Source: a virus
Taxonomy: Duplodnaviria; Heunggongvirae; Uroviricota; Caudoviricetes
Reading direction: 5' to 3' (one strand)
IMG/VR virus record: IMGVR_UViG_2541047897_000007
Span: 1-36,207 of that record
DNA length: 36,207 nucleotides
The notes below the pieces were generated by a model. That model made no database searches. It worked only from the letters and a program-made list of their open reading frames with translations, and was not told the DNA's origin. Both the position numbers and the translations under genes were made by a program. Below are positions 23,967 to 33,123 of this stretch, in pieces (position 1 is the stretch's first letter; each line of letters starts with the position of its first letter).

Positions 23967-26134
23967 CAATGAAATACTACGCCATTCTGACTAATCAGGG
24001 CGCGGCACGACTGGCTAACGCGACGATGCTCGGCAGTAAGCTGAATCTGACGCAAATGGCCGTTGGTGATGCAAATGGTGTGTTACCAACACCAAACCCT
24101 GCACAAACAAAACTGATTAACCAGAAACGCATTGCACCGCTGAATCTTCTGAGTGTTGACCCTAACAATCAGAGCCAGATTATTGCGGAGCAAATTATCC
24201 CTGAAGACGAGGGAGGATTCTGGATCCGTGAGATTGGTCTTTATGATGATAAAGGTGTACTCATTGCGGTGGCAAACTGCCCGGAAACGTACAAACCGCA
24301 GTTGCAGGAAGGCAGTGGACGCACCCAGACTATCCGCATGATTCTGGTTGTCACGAACACCAAAGCCATCACGCTGAAAATCGACCCGTCTGTGGTTCTG
24401 GCAACCCGCAAATATGTGGATGATAAAATCTCAAAGCACGAGCAGTCACGACGTCACCCGGACGCCTCGCTGACCGCAAAAGGCTTTGTTCAACTTAGCA
24501 GCGCCACGGACAGTCAATCAGAAACTGAGGCTGCCACGCCGAAGGCTGTGAAAATCGCGTATGATCTGGCCCGGGGAAAATACACAGCCCAGGATGCAAC
24601 AACGACCCGTAAAGGGATCGTACAACTGAGCAGTGCCATCAACAGCACGTCTGAAACGCTGGCCGCCACACCAAAAGCCGTCAAGGCTGCATACGACCTT
24701 GCAGCTGGCAAGGCACCCGTCAGCCACACTCACCCGTGGAGTCAGATAACGGGAGTGCCTGCTGCCTCGCTGACGGCAAAAGGCACCGTACAACTGAGCA
24801 GTGCCACGGACAGTCAATCAGAAACTGAGGCTGCCACGCCGAAGGCTGTGAAAATCGCGTATGATCTGGCCCGGGGAAAATACACAGCCCAGGATGCAAC
24901 AACGACCCGTAAAGGGATCGTACAACTGAGCAGTGCCACCAACAGCACCTCTGAAACGCTGGCCGCCACACCAAAAGCCGTCAAGGCTGCATACGACCTT
25001 GCAGCCGGCAAGGCGCCCGTCAGCCACACTCACCCGTGGAGTCAGATAACGGGAGTGCCTGCTGCCTCGCTGACGGCAAAAGGCACCGTACAACTGAGCA
25101 GTGCCATCAACAGCACGTCTGAAACGCTGGCCGCCACACCGAAGGCCGTCAAGGCTGCATACGACCTTGCAGCCGGCAAGGCGCCCGTCAGCCACACTCA
25201 CCCGTGGAGTCAGATAACGGGAGTGCCTGCTGCCTCGCTGACGGCAAAAGGCACCGTACAATTGAGCAGTGCCATCAACAGCACGTCTGAAATACTGGCC
25301 GCCACACCGAAAGCGGTCAAGGCTGCATACGACCTTGCAGCTGGCAAGGCACCCGTCAGCCACACTCACCCGTGGAGTCAGATAACGGGAGTGCCTGCTG
25401 CCTCGCTGACGGCAAAAGGCACCGTACAATTGAGCAGTGCCATCAACAGCACGTCTGAAATACTGGCCGCCACACCGAAAGCGGTCAAGGCTGCATACGA
25501 TCTGGCAAACGGAAAACAACCGGCAGATGCCACGCTCACTGCTCTGGCAGGACTTGTCACTGCAGCAGATCGGTTGCCTTATTTTACCGGAGCAGACCGC
25601 GCAGCGCTGGCAACCCTTACAGCTATTGGTCGCGCTATTATCGCTAAGGGCAGTATAAAAGATGTCCTCAATTACCTTGGTTTGGGAGAAGGTTCTCCAG
25701 CTATTGGCGTTCCGTTCTTCTGGCCGTCCGCCGCAATGCCAGATACCGTAATCAAAAGCTGGTCCAGTATGGTGTTTTTGAAGTTCAACGGGGCGAAATT
25801 TTCTGCCTCTGATTACCCTGTGCTGGCAAAAGTGTTTCCTTCGCTGGTATTACCTGAAGCCCGCGGTGATTTCATTCGTATCTGGGATGACGGGCGAGGT
25901 GCAGACGGTGGTCGCAAATTATTAAGCTGGCAGGCAGCTACAAACTTTTCTCAGTTTGCCGGGAATATAGGCGGAGGTGCGGGACACGCAATTAATTTTC
26001 ATGATGGCATCGCCGGAAATCAGCCAGGATTTTCACGATTTAATTTCACCAGTAACTCTTTGGGTGATGGTGTGAATTTTGTTGCTGTCAGACCGCGAAA
26101 TATTGCATTTAACTTTCTGGTGAGGGCTAAATAA
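23963..26134 (+). CDS. H: tail fibre protein (P2 gpH-like) with internal tandem repeats and an invertible C-terminal segment
   Basis: 723-aa ORF; N-terminus MKYYAILTNQGAARLANA is gpH-like; internal 100-aa and 56-aa repeats; C-terminal 148 aa lie inside the invertible segment. Confidence 0.9.
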   Translation: MTMKYYAILTNQGAARLANATMLGSKLNLTQMAVGDANGVLPTPNPAQTKLINQKRIAPLNLLSVDPNNQSQIIAEQIIPEDEGGFWIREIGLYDDKGVLIAVANCPETYKPQLQEGSGRTQTIRMILVVTNTKAITLKIDPSVVLATRKYVDDKISKHEQSRRHPDASLTAKGFVQLSSATDSQSETEAATPKAVKIAYDLARGKYTAQDATTTRKGIVQLSSAINSTSETLAATPKAVKAAYDLAAGKAPVSHTHPWSQITGVPAASLTAKGTVQLSSATDSQSETEAATPKAVKIAYDLARGKYTAQDATTTRKGIVQLSSATNSTSETLAATPKAVKAAYDLAAGKAPVSHTHPWSQITGVPAASLTAKGTVQLSSAINSTSETLAATPKAVKAAYDLAAGKAPVSHTHPWSQITGVPAASLTAKGTVQLSSAINSTSEILAATPKAVKAAYDLAAGKAPVSHTHPWSQITGVPAASLTAKGTVQLSSAINSTSEILAATPKAVKAAYDLANGKQPADATLTALAGLVTAADRLPYFTGADRAALATLTAIGRAIIAKGSIKDVLNYLGLGEGSPAIGVPFFWPSAAMPDTVIKSWSSMVFLKFNGAKFSASDYPVLAKVFPSLVLPEARGDFIRIWDDGRGADGGRKLLSWQAATNFSQFAGNIGGGAGHAINFHDGIAGNQPGFSRFNFTSNSLGDGVNFVAVRPRNIAFNFLVRAK
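24461..25500 (+). repeat. in-frame tandem repeat array within H (2 x 300 bp, then 2 x 168 bp plus a partial unit)
   Basis: near-identical units starting at 24461, 24761, 25061, 25229 and 25397, encoding ASLTAKGTVQLSSA...HTHPWSQITGVPA. Confidence 0.85.
25665..25690. repeat. left crossover site of invertible segment (gix/hix-like), inside H
   Basis: ttggtttgggagaa at 25677..25690 is the exact reverse complement of ttctcccaaaccaa at 27501..27514; it encodes the LGLGE junction of H. Confidence 0.6.
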
Positions 26135-26727
26135 TGAAACCTGTTTTTGATGAAAATGGGCTGGCTACAGTGCCGGGCGATATGCGTTGTTTTTATTATG
26201 ATGCTGAAACATCTGAGTATACGGGCTGGTCTGATGAATATATTAATACTGGCGTAAGTATGCCCGCCTGTTCCACTGGTATTGACCCTGGCGAAAACAT
26301 TCCGGGAAGAGTGGCAGTATTTACAGGTAAGGGATGGAGCCTTGAAGAAGACCATCGCAATGAGACTGTTTACTCAATCGAAAATGGTGCTGCTGTTACA
26401 GTGGATTATATCGGTGCCATCAAAAACGGTTATGTCACGCTTTCACCGTTAACGCCATATGATAAATGGGATGGTGAGAAATGGGTGACAGATACTGAGG
26501 CACAACACGGTGCCGCAGTAGAAGCGGCAGAAGCACAGCGCCAGTCACTGATTGATGCTGCAATGGCCTCCATCAGTCTGATTCAGCTGAAATTACAGGC
26601 CGGGCGGAAGCTGACGCAGGCAGAAACCACCCGGCTTAACGCCGTGCTTGATTACATTGACGCGGTGACGACAACAGATACCAGCACCGCGCCGGATGTC
26701 ATCTGGCCTGAACTGCCGGAGGCGTAG
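26134..26727 (+). CDS. G: tail fibre assembly chaperone (P2 gpG-like)
   Basis: 197-aa ORF translationally coupled to H; conserved Tfa-like C-terminus LDYIDAVTTTDTSTAPDVIWPELP. Confidence 0.8.
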   Translation: MKPVFDENGLATVPGDMRCFYYDAETSEYTGWSDEYINTGVSMPACSTGIDPGENIPGRVAVFTGKGWSLEEDHRNETVYSIENGAAVTVDYIGAIKNGYVTLSPLTPYDKWDGEKWVTDTEAQHGAAVEAAEAQRQSLIDAAMASISLIQLKLQAGRKLTQAETTRLNAVLDYIDAVTTTDTSTAPDVIWPELPEA

Positions 26728-27139
26728 GCCATTCAATATCTGGCGCACCGGAAGTATCGACCAGTTCCAGTGCGTCCAGATAATCCAGCCACAAATTATA
26801 TTGCGCCAGTTCCTCACCTTTCAGACGACCAATAGCCGCTTTACCAGGCCATTGTTTACTGTTCATATAATCGTTGGCCTGATTAATCAGTTGCTGCTTT
26901 TCCTGTTCGGCTGCAGCAATCTGTTCCTCATGTGTTGGTGGTGGAATTTCAGACCATGCAGGAAAACCATTTTCTCCAGCGATACGGATTTTTCCTTTCG
27001 GCGGTAATCCGGAAAACTCAATATACACTTGCTCATCAACTTCAACAGCATCATCTGGCCATGAGTCAGCTTGTGTGTAATCCTCTTTCATCTCCAAGGG
27101 ATAGAAAGAGTTTGTCGTCGCGGAATATATGTAATTCAT
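26699..27139 (-). CDS. alternative tail fibre assembly chaperone (G'), inverted orientation
   Basis: 146-aa ORF on the opposite strand with Tfa-like C-terminus LDYLDALELVDTSGAPDIEWPTPP; convergent with and overlapping G, as in Mu G-segment / P1 C-segment architecture. Confidence 0.75.
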   Translation of the reverse strand: MNYIYSATTNSFYPLEMKEDYTQADSWPDDAVEVDEQVYIEFSGLPPKGKIRIAGENGFPAWSEIPPPTHEEQIAAAEQEKQQLINQANDYMNSKQWPGKAAIGRLKGEELAQYNLWLDYLDALELVDTSGAPDIEWPTPPAVQAR

Positions 27140-27161
27140 TTTTTCACTCCATATAGCTAAA

Positions 27162-27514
27162 TTAACAGCCTAACGCTAAAAATGAAGCGCCGAGGCCAGG
27201 AGTACTGGCTCTGGATATAAATTTAACCGGGTCGGAACTAAAACCTGCACAGGCAATATAACCAACAGCCCCGCTATCTGGTGTGTAGTCTTGTGAGACC
27301 AAAACACGCAGACATCTGTTTGGAAATGCAATCGGGAAATGGGTTACTACATCCTGTGCAATGCCTGGTGCGCCGATTGAGCCCCACTGAAGAATAAAAC
27401 CAGATGGTAATTTTTGATATCCAGTACCTGAAACAGAAAGCGTGAAGCTACCCATATCAGGTATCTGATTCGTCCCTGTCCCCACATTCCTTTTTGCCGC
27501 TTCTCCCAAACCAA
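27162..27514 (-). other. promoter-less alternative C-terminal coding segment of the tail fibre (H' variable part)
   Basis: minus-strand frame open from the right crossover site to a stop at 27162; encodes ...[10 protein letters not shown]..., matching the LGLGE junction in H; would fuse to H after inversion. Confidence 0.6.
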
Positions 27515-27526
27515 CGTTTTCGTTTT
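27501..27526. repeat. right crossover site of invertible segment (gix/hix-like)
   Basis: ttctcccaaaccaacgttttcg fits the Din-family crossover pattern (TTCTC..AAACC-NN-GGTTT) recalled from memory; 55 bp upstream of the invertase start. Confidence 0.6.
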
Positions 27527-27580
27527 TATCCCTACCTATACCAACTCTGTATTTTTCACGAAACAAAGAGGATGTTTTTT

Positions 27581-28180
27581 ATGCAAATTGGCTATATTCG
27601 TGTGTCAACAAACGACCAGAACACGGATTTACAACGCAATGCACTGAACTGCGCAGGATGTGAACTGATTTTTGAAGATAAAATCAGCGGAACGAAATCA
27701 ACCAGACCGGGATTGAAAAAACTGCTCAGAACGCTATCAGAAGGAGATACGCTGGTTGTCTGGAAGCTGGACAGACTGGGCAGAAGTATGAAACACCTGA
27801 TCACGCTTATTGAGGAATTGCGGGAAAAAGGTGTTAATTTCCGTAGTCTGACGGACAGCATTGACACGTCAACACCCATGGGGCGTTTCTTTTTTCACGT
27901 CATGGGGGCTTTAGCCGAAATGGAACGTGAATTAATTGTAGAACGTACACTGGCCGGGCTGGCAGCAGCACGCGCACAAGGACGCATTGGCGGACGTCGC
28001 CCGAAGTTGACAAAAGAACAACACGAGCAAATAGCAAGGCTGATTAAAAACGGTCATGACAGGAAACAACTGGCGATCATTTACGACATCGGCATATCGA
28101 CGATTTATCGTTATCACCCTGTAGGCGATATACAGGCTGAAGCAACAACTAGGCAGACTCAGGAAAATGAAAACCGCTAA
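27581..28180 (+). CDS. serine recombinase, DNA invertase of the Gin/Hin/Pin/Cin family
   Basis: 199-aa ORF; N-terminus MQIGYIRVSTNDQNTDLQRNAL with catalytic Ser, LVVWKLDRLGRSMKHL and C-terminal HTH; close to Gin as recalled. Confidence 0.9.
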   Translation: MQIGYIRVSTNDQNTDLQRNALNCAGCELIFEDKISGTKSTRPGLKKLLRTLSEGDTLVVWKLDRLGRSMKHLITLIEELREKGVNFRSLTDSIDTSTPMGRFFFHVMGALAEMERELIVERTLAGLAAARAQGRIGGRRPKLTKEQHEQIARLIKNGHDRKQLAIIYDIGISTIYRYHPVGDIQAEATTRQTQENENR

Positions 28181-28197
28181 TCTGACCATTAGCGGTT
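28171..28197. terminator. hairpin between convergent invertase and U genes (candidate bidirectional terminator)
   Basis: aaaccgctaat-ctgacc-attagcggttt, an 11-bp perfect stem overlapping the invertase stop. Confidence 0.4.
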
Positions 28198-28206
28198 TTG
28201 CGTTAA

Positions 28207-28701
28207 TCAAAACAGCCCTTTAACGGAGCTGGCCGCGCTGTTAAGGGATGATGTGACCTTATCTTTGAAGCCGGACAGCATATCACTGAACGATGAGGAT
28301 TGCAGGCGCTCCCGCAAATCCTCATCACAGCGTTCAAGGGTCAGTGAAAATTCTATCTTTTTCGCCTTACCGTAGCGATCAAACTCGGAACGGGTCGTAT
28401 TCGTTTCGGTCAGGACATACATGCCGTAAATCTGCCCGACACCATCAATCAGAGGCCAGGGGCGTCCTGTATATGCCTGCGTGGTCAGCAACGAAAGCGA
28501 CACTTCGCCACCTGTAATTTCAGGATAAAGCACGCCTGAAAGCACGATGCGATCATCACCTGCACCGATATACTGCCAGCTTGCTGAACGGTTAACGCGT
28601 TCATTTTTCACATGCCGCCAGCTTTTGCTTTGCTGTAACTGCTGATGCGGCAACGTGCGCAGCTCAAAAACAAACATGCCGTAGATCATCATCATGGCCA
28701 T
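28207..28701 (-). CDS. U: tail protein U (tail terminator, P2 gpU-like)
   Basis: 164-aa ORF directly downstream of the tape measure gene on the minus strand; size and position as P2 U. Confidence 0.75.
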   Translation of the reverse strand: MAMMMIYGMFVFELRTLPHQQLQQSKSWRHVKNERVNRSASWQYIGAGDDRIVLSGVLYPEITGGEVSLSLLTTQAYTGRPWPLIDGVGQIYGMYVLTETNTTRSEFDRYGKAKKIEFSLTLERCDEDLRERLQSSSFSDMLSGFKDKVTSSLNSAASSVKGLF

Positions 28702-28707
28702 GACTCC

Positions 28708-31700
28708 TCAATCTTTATCGTAAAAACTGCCACGCCCGGCACGGGCGCGCCGTTCCATTTCTGCCCTGACCATTTCACCGACCAGTTTCGCCAGTTCGCG
28801 GGGATTCTGCGTAACAACGTTATGCAGATGAACATGAATTTCACCACCAAATCCGGAGGCAACAGGCTCCCGGTTACGGGAAGTTACAGGAACTGATGCC
28901 ACTGGCGATCGTATGGCCTCCGCCACCGGGCGGGAGCTGGCCGCAACAACAGGGACCAGCGCCGGAGGCAGCGGAGCCGGGACCACGGGTGTGGTATTAA
29001 TTGCGGGGGCAGGCTTACTGACCTGCGCAATCTTCCGCTCCTGCCACTCCCCACCAGGGACCAGCGCCAGAGGCAGCGGAGCAGGGACCACGGGTGTGAT
29101 ATTAATTGCGGGGGCAGGCTTACTGACCTGCGCAATCTTCCGCTCCTGCCACTCCCCACCAGGGACCAGCGCCGGAGGCAGCGGAGCAGGGACCACGGGT
29201 GTGATATTAATTGCGGAGGCAGGCTTACTGACCTGCGCAATCTTCCGCTCCTGCCACTCCCCACCAGGGACCAGCGCCAGAGGCAGCGGAGCAGGGACCA
29301 CGGGTGTGATATTAATTGCGGGGGCAGGCTTACTGACCTGCGCAATCTTCCGCTCCTGCCACTCCCCACCAGGGACCAGCGCCAGAGGCAGCGGAGCAGG
29401 GACCACGGGTGTGATATTAATTGCGGGGGCAGGCTTACTGACCTGCGCAATCTTCCGCTCCTGCCACTCCCCACCAGGGACCAGCGCCGGAGGCAGCGGA
29501 GCAGGGACCACGGGTGTGATATTAATTGCGGAGGCAGGCTTACTGACCTGCGCAATCTTCCGCTCCTGCCACTCCCCACGAACGGCAAGTGCGCGGGGCA
29601 GGTTCTTAAAGACAATATCACCGGGGCCAATGCGTTTTTTCGTCTCATCAACCAGCTTACCTGTGTTATCAGCAATTTTGCTGAGTCTGCGTAGCGTACC
29701 GGTATTGCTGTCTGTGAGCGGTTTGTTGTCTTTGGGTTTATCGCCTCCGGTGCCATTGCCATTTTCCGCAGACTTCGGCGGATTGATTTTCGCAATGTCT
29801 CCCTGAAACAGAGCAACCTTGTCCTGAAGAATGGCCGCACGCTGTGCGTCTTCAATTTTCTTGCGCGCCCTTTCCGCTTCATCCGGAAGGACGCCAAGTT
29901 TTTCAAGTATCCACGCCAGCGTATCCAGTAGCATTTTTGCAGGTGTCAGAACAAGCTGTAACGCACCGCCAAGAACGTTACCGAATATCTCGCCAGCACT
30001 GGTACATTTATCCAGCGTTTCCTTGCTGGACTCCATCGGTGACAGCAGCGATTTAAACCAGTTAAAGACCTGAATAATCCCATCGCGCACGACATCAAAA
30101 ACAGGACCGAACCGTTCAAAGGTTTCGCGCAACGGAGCCAGTCGTTCCATAATCCCGTTGAACACCCCGATATAAAACGCCTTGATGGGTTCCCAGTATT
30201 TCCAGATGAGAACTGCCGCAGCCACAAACGCGGCAACAATCAATCCGACCGGACTGAACAGCGCCCCGATAGCGCCACCCAGCAACGAGATGGAACCTGT
30301 TACCATTCCCCATAGTGCTGGCAGCACCCTGACGACATTCATTGATCCTGTCAGGAGAGAAAAACCGAGACGTAACGTAGCCAGCTTCCCGTGAAGCACC
30401 CCAATAACCAGAGACAACGAACCAACCGTTGCTGTTGTCGCCAGCAGTGCGCCTCCCGCTATCAGTAACTGGCGCGTCAGTACCGGATGGGCCTGCGCCA
30501 GCGCCGTCACCTTTGAGACCACCCGCGTGAGCCACTGCGTGACAGAACGCAGCGGACCGTCAATCAGATCTGCAATGCGGATGCGCAACCCTTCCCATGC
30601 ACTGCCGAGTGATTTCAGATCGCCATCAAGGTTGTTGGCCATAACCTTTGCCGTGCGTTCAGCCTCACCGCGTGCGCCCTCAAGTTCTTTTCTCAGTTTG
30701 GGTAAGGAACCGTCACCCGCCGCATCAACGAGTGCCATAAACGATGTGAAAGCCTCTTCCCCGGCGATGTCCTTAAAGAAGGATACCCGGTCAACTTCCC
30801 CGTATTTGCGGGTGGCTTTATAAAGGTCAGCCAGCAGATCTTCCATCGGGCGCATTTTGCCCCCGGCATCCGAGACGGACACGCCCAGCTCTTTCAGAGC
30901 TTCTGCCGCCGCCTTTGGCGGTGATGCCAGACGAGCCAGGCTGGCACGCATTGCCGTCCCGGCATCACTCCCTCTGATGCCCATATTCGCCAGCACGCCC
31001 GCCATCGCTGCGGCCTGCTCCAGCGATATCCCCAGCTTACCCGCCACCGGACCGGCATATTTCATGGTTTCGCCCAGTGCGCGAAGGTCAGTGTTGGTAC
31101 GGGTAAACGCTGCGGTGAGTGTGTCTCCGACCCGGTCCATCTGGTCAGCAGAAAGGCCGAACTGCGTCAGGATATTTGAGCCAATATCTGCCGTCTCGCC
31201 GAGATCCATACCGCCAGCCGTTGCCATGCTCAGTACGCCGGGAAGCGCAGCCTGAATGGCCTGCGGAGTGAAGCCTGCCATTGCAAGAAATGCCTGCCCA
31301 CTGGCGGCATCGCCTGCGGTGAACTGCGTTTCAGAGCCAAGTTTTAACGCCTGCTCACGCAGCGCCTTAAACTGCGGGCTGTTTTTGTCGATTCGCGTCA
31401 GTGCCTGAACGCGGGACATCTCTTTCCCGAACCCGATCGCAGGCTGCAAAAAACGCCCGGCAGCATAGCCGCCAGCCGCTGCCGCACCAATTGCCAGCGC
31501 ACCACCTGTTTTCAGTTTTCCTGCTGTTTCCTGCGCGCGCGAATACCGCTCACGCGCACGCGTTACACGCGCAAGCGCCTGCTGTTCGCGTTCAAGCTGA
31601 TTGTTGTACTGTTCGGTGCGTCTGATGGCCTGCTGGATGGTGTTATCGCTGCCTGTCAGGGAAATGCCGTGGCGTTTCAGCTCTCCGCCAAGCTCCCGCA

Positions 31701-32076
31701 TTTTCTGAATTTCCCGTGTGCGCGATTCATTCAGGCGTTCAAGCCGGGTGCTTAACTGCTGCATCAGCTTTTGTTGTTTTTCGCTGAGCACTGTACCCGT
31801 GCGTTGTAACTGATTAAGGGCGTTAAGCTGGCGTCGTGCTTTCACGATGCCAGCATCCGCTTTACTGACAGCGTCACGGGCGCGCTCAAATGAACGCGCC
31901 TGACGCTCGAGATTTTTGATCGCCCCCTGCGTTCGCTGGATGGAGTCACCAAACTGCCCCATCAGGCGGCGGGCGTTTTCGGCAGGCCGGGTCAGCCTGT
32001 CAACGGCGCTGAAAGCGACCCGGATATCAAGAGTCTTCATTGTCTGCATTCCCGCTGCGAAGTGCCGCCCGCTCAC
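28708..32076 (-). CDS. T: tail tape measure protein (P2 gpT-like) with proline-rich tandem repeats
   Basis: 1122-aa ORF; Ala/Gly-rich helical N-terminal two thirds with hydrophobic segments; follows the E/E' frameshift genes; six 35-aa repeats near the C-terminus. Confidence 0.85.
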   Translation of the reverse strand: MSGRHFAAGMQTMKTLDIRVAFSAVDRLTRPAENARRLMGQFGDSIQRTQGAIKNLERQARSFERARDAVSKADAGIVKARRQLNALNQLQRTGTVLSEKQQKLMQQLSTRLERLNESRTREIQKMRELGGELKRHGISLTGSDNTIQQAIRRTEQYNNQLEREQQALARVTRARERYSRAQETAGKLKTGGALAIGAAAAGGYAAGRFLQPAIGFGKEMSRVQALTRIDKNSPQFKALREQALKLGSETQFTAGDAASGQAFLAMAGFTPQAIQAALPGVLSMATAGGMDLGETADIGSNILTQFGLSADQMDRVGDTLTAAFTRTNTDLRALGETMKYAGPVAGKLGISLEQAAAMAGVLANMGIRGSDAGTAMRASLARLASPPKAAAEALKELGVSVSDAGGKMRPMEDLLADLYKATRKYGEVDRVSFFKDIAGEEAFTSFMALVDAAGDGSLPKLRKELEGARGEAERTAKVMANNLDGDLKSLGSAWEGLRIRIADLIDGPLRSVTQWLTRVVSKVTALAQAHPVLTRQLLIAGGALLATTATVGSLSLVIGVLHGKLATLRLGFSLLTGSMNVVRVLPALWGMVTGSISLLGGAIGALFSPVGLIVAAFVAAAVLIWKYWEPIKAFYIGVFNGIMERLAPLRETFERFGPVFDVVRDGIIQVFNWFKSLLSPMESSKETLDKCTSAGEIFGNVLGGALQLVLTPAKMLLDTLAWILEKLGVLPDEAERARKKIEDAQRAAILQDKVALFQGDIAKINPPKSAENGNGTGGDKPKDNKPLTDSNTGTLRRLSKIADNTGKLVDETKKRIGPGDIVFKNLPRALAVRGEWQERKIAQVSKPASAINITPVVPAPLPPALVPGGEWQERKIAQVSKPAPAINITPVVPAPLPLALVPGGEWQERKIAQVSKPAPAINITPVVPAPLPLALVPGGEWQERKIAQVSKPASAINITPVVPAPLPPALVPGGEWQERKIAQVSKPAPAINITPVVPAPLPLALVPGGEWQERKIAQVSKPAPAINTTPVVPAPLPPALVPVVAASSRPVAEAIRSPVASVPVTSRNREPVASGFGGEIHVHLHNVVTQNPRELAKLVGEMVRAEMERRARAGRGSFYDKD
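28953..29578 (-). repeat. six tandem 105-bp in-frame repeats inside T
   Basis: period of exactly 105 bp (marker ggct at 29012, 29117, 29222 ...), encoding GEWQERKIAQVSKPA[SP]AINITPVVPAPLP[PL]ALVPG. Confidence 0.85.
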
Positions 32077-32556
32077 GCCAGCTAACCACTTCGCCGGGCG
32101 TCATCATGAAGATTTCAGCGGGCGACCAGTTAAAAATAACGGCAATATCTGCCACAAAGTCTTCTATGTGCTCAAAGCACACAACCGTGATCAGGCTTCC
32201 GTCGCCTGTTCGTTCTTCCCGCCAGAGTCCGCACCGCTCAAAAAATTTACGGCAACCACACATAACTGAATAAAGTCACGGGATGCCATTTTTTTGATCG
32301 TCACTTCATCCAGTCGCGGTGATGTCACGCGTGACAGCAGCGTAAACATGGATTCCGCTTTCAGATTCAGCACATCAGACAACGACAAATCTCGCAGAGA
32401 TCCAGCCTGCTCAATAGCTCCGGTGATCTCCACATACGTGATTTTTTCGCCGCCTCGCTCAATTGGTTGGGTAAGTTTTACGCCACGCTCACTGGTTTCT
32501 TTCACAGTGTCAGTAACTACCGTGTTTTCGGTATCGATGTTTTTCGTCTCTTTCAT
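32027..32556 (-). CDS. tail assembly chaperone E+E' made by programmed -1 frameshift
   Basis: the -1 frame is open from the slippery site to a stop at 32027 and overlaps the start of T, as in P2. Confidence 0.65.
32191..32556 (-). CDS. E: tail assembly chaperone E (P2 gpE-like)
   Basis: 121-aa ORF with AGGAG RBS; contains a T6G slippery heptamer near its 3' end. Confidence 0.75.
   Translation of the reverse strand: MKETKNIDTENTVVTDTVKETSERGVKLTQPIERGGEKITYVEITGAIEQAGSLRDLSLSDVLNLKAESMFTLLSRVTSPRLDEVTIKKMASRDFIQLCVVAVNFLSGADSGGKNEQATEA
32239..32245 (-). other. programmed -1 ribosomal frameshift slippery heptamer TTTTTTG
   Basis: minus strand gta aat ttt ttg agc in the E frame becomes aaa ttt ttt gag cgg in the -1 frame, which continues as FFERCGLWREER... 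Confidence 0.65.
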
Positions 32557-32610
32557 CAGGAAACTCCTTTCAGTCAGAGGCGACGCACTGCGCCGCCTGC
32601 ATATTACTTA

Positions 32611-33123
32611 TCAGCCAAGCCCAAGCGCGGAACGGATACGGTCAGGCACAATGTCCTTGCCGTCCTTCCGGTAAATGAAGTTCAGCAGGTCAATCTCCCA
32701 CAACGGGCGATCGTTAACACTCAGCTTGTAGTAGGTGTTTTTAATGGCGTAAGTGTGTGATGTGGCTTCGCCCTGTTTGGCTTCCCCCATATCAATTTCC
32801 GTCACACGTCCGCGCATCTCGATTTCATACAGATCGCTTTCTGCATCGGTGTAGTATTCACCCGCAAAACGCAGCAGCGTGCCGTCAATCGTGCCGCCAT
32901 ATTTAAGGAACAGCGCACGAACAGCTCCCCCCATAACAAAACTCGCATCAAGCGCGGAGTCGTCCAGACCGAGATCAATACTTACCGCCCCCATCATGCC
33001 ACCACCACGATAGCTGTCGGTTTTGCGCGTCAGTTTGGGCGGCGTGACGGATGTCACTTTACCCACTTCGTTTTCACCATCCACAAACAACGTAAAAAAG
33101 CGAAGATGTTTTGGTACAGCCAT
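32611..33123 (-). CDS. FII: tail tube protein (P2 gpFII-like)
   Basis: 170-aa ORF between sheath and E genes; size as P2 FII. Confidence 0.8.
   Translation of the reverse strand: MAVPKHLRFFTLFVDGENEVGKVTSVTPPKLTRKTDSYRGGGMMGAVSIDLGLDDSALDASFVMGGAVRALFLKYGGTIDGTLLRFAGEYYTDAESDLYEIEMRGRVTEIDMGEAKQGEATSHTYAIKNTYYKLSVNDRPLWEIDLLNFIYRKDGKDIVPDRIRSALGLG

Noticed and set aside
24461-25500. Possible CRISPR array, given regularly spaced direct repeats (also at 28953..29578)
   Set aside because: Units are 105 to 300 bp, contiguous with no unique spacers, in frame within long coding sequences, and there are no cas genes.
24514-25560. Minus-strand ORFs of 71 to 233 aa over the tail fibre repeats
   Set aside because: Created by repetition of the same antisense frame across the tandem repeats inside H.
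26593-27156. Plus-strand ORFs of 74 to 103 aa inside the invertible segment
   Set aside because: Antisense to the alternative chaperone G' and the alternative H C-terminal segment, which are better supported by homology and the invertible-segment architecture.
28884-29906. 340-aa minus-strand and 297-aa plus-strand ORFs with repetitive sequence
   Set aside because: Alternative-frame translations of the 105-bp repeat array inside the tape measure gene.
30116-31625. Plus- and minus-strand ORFs of 70 to 139 aa inside the tape measure gene
   Set aside because: Shadow ORFs within the 1122-aa gpT-like coding region.
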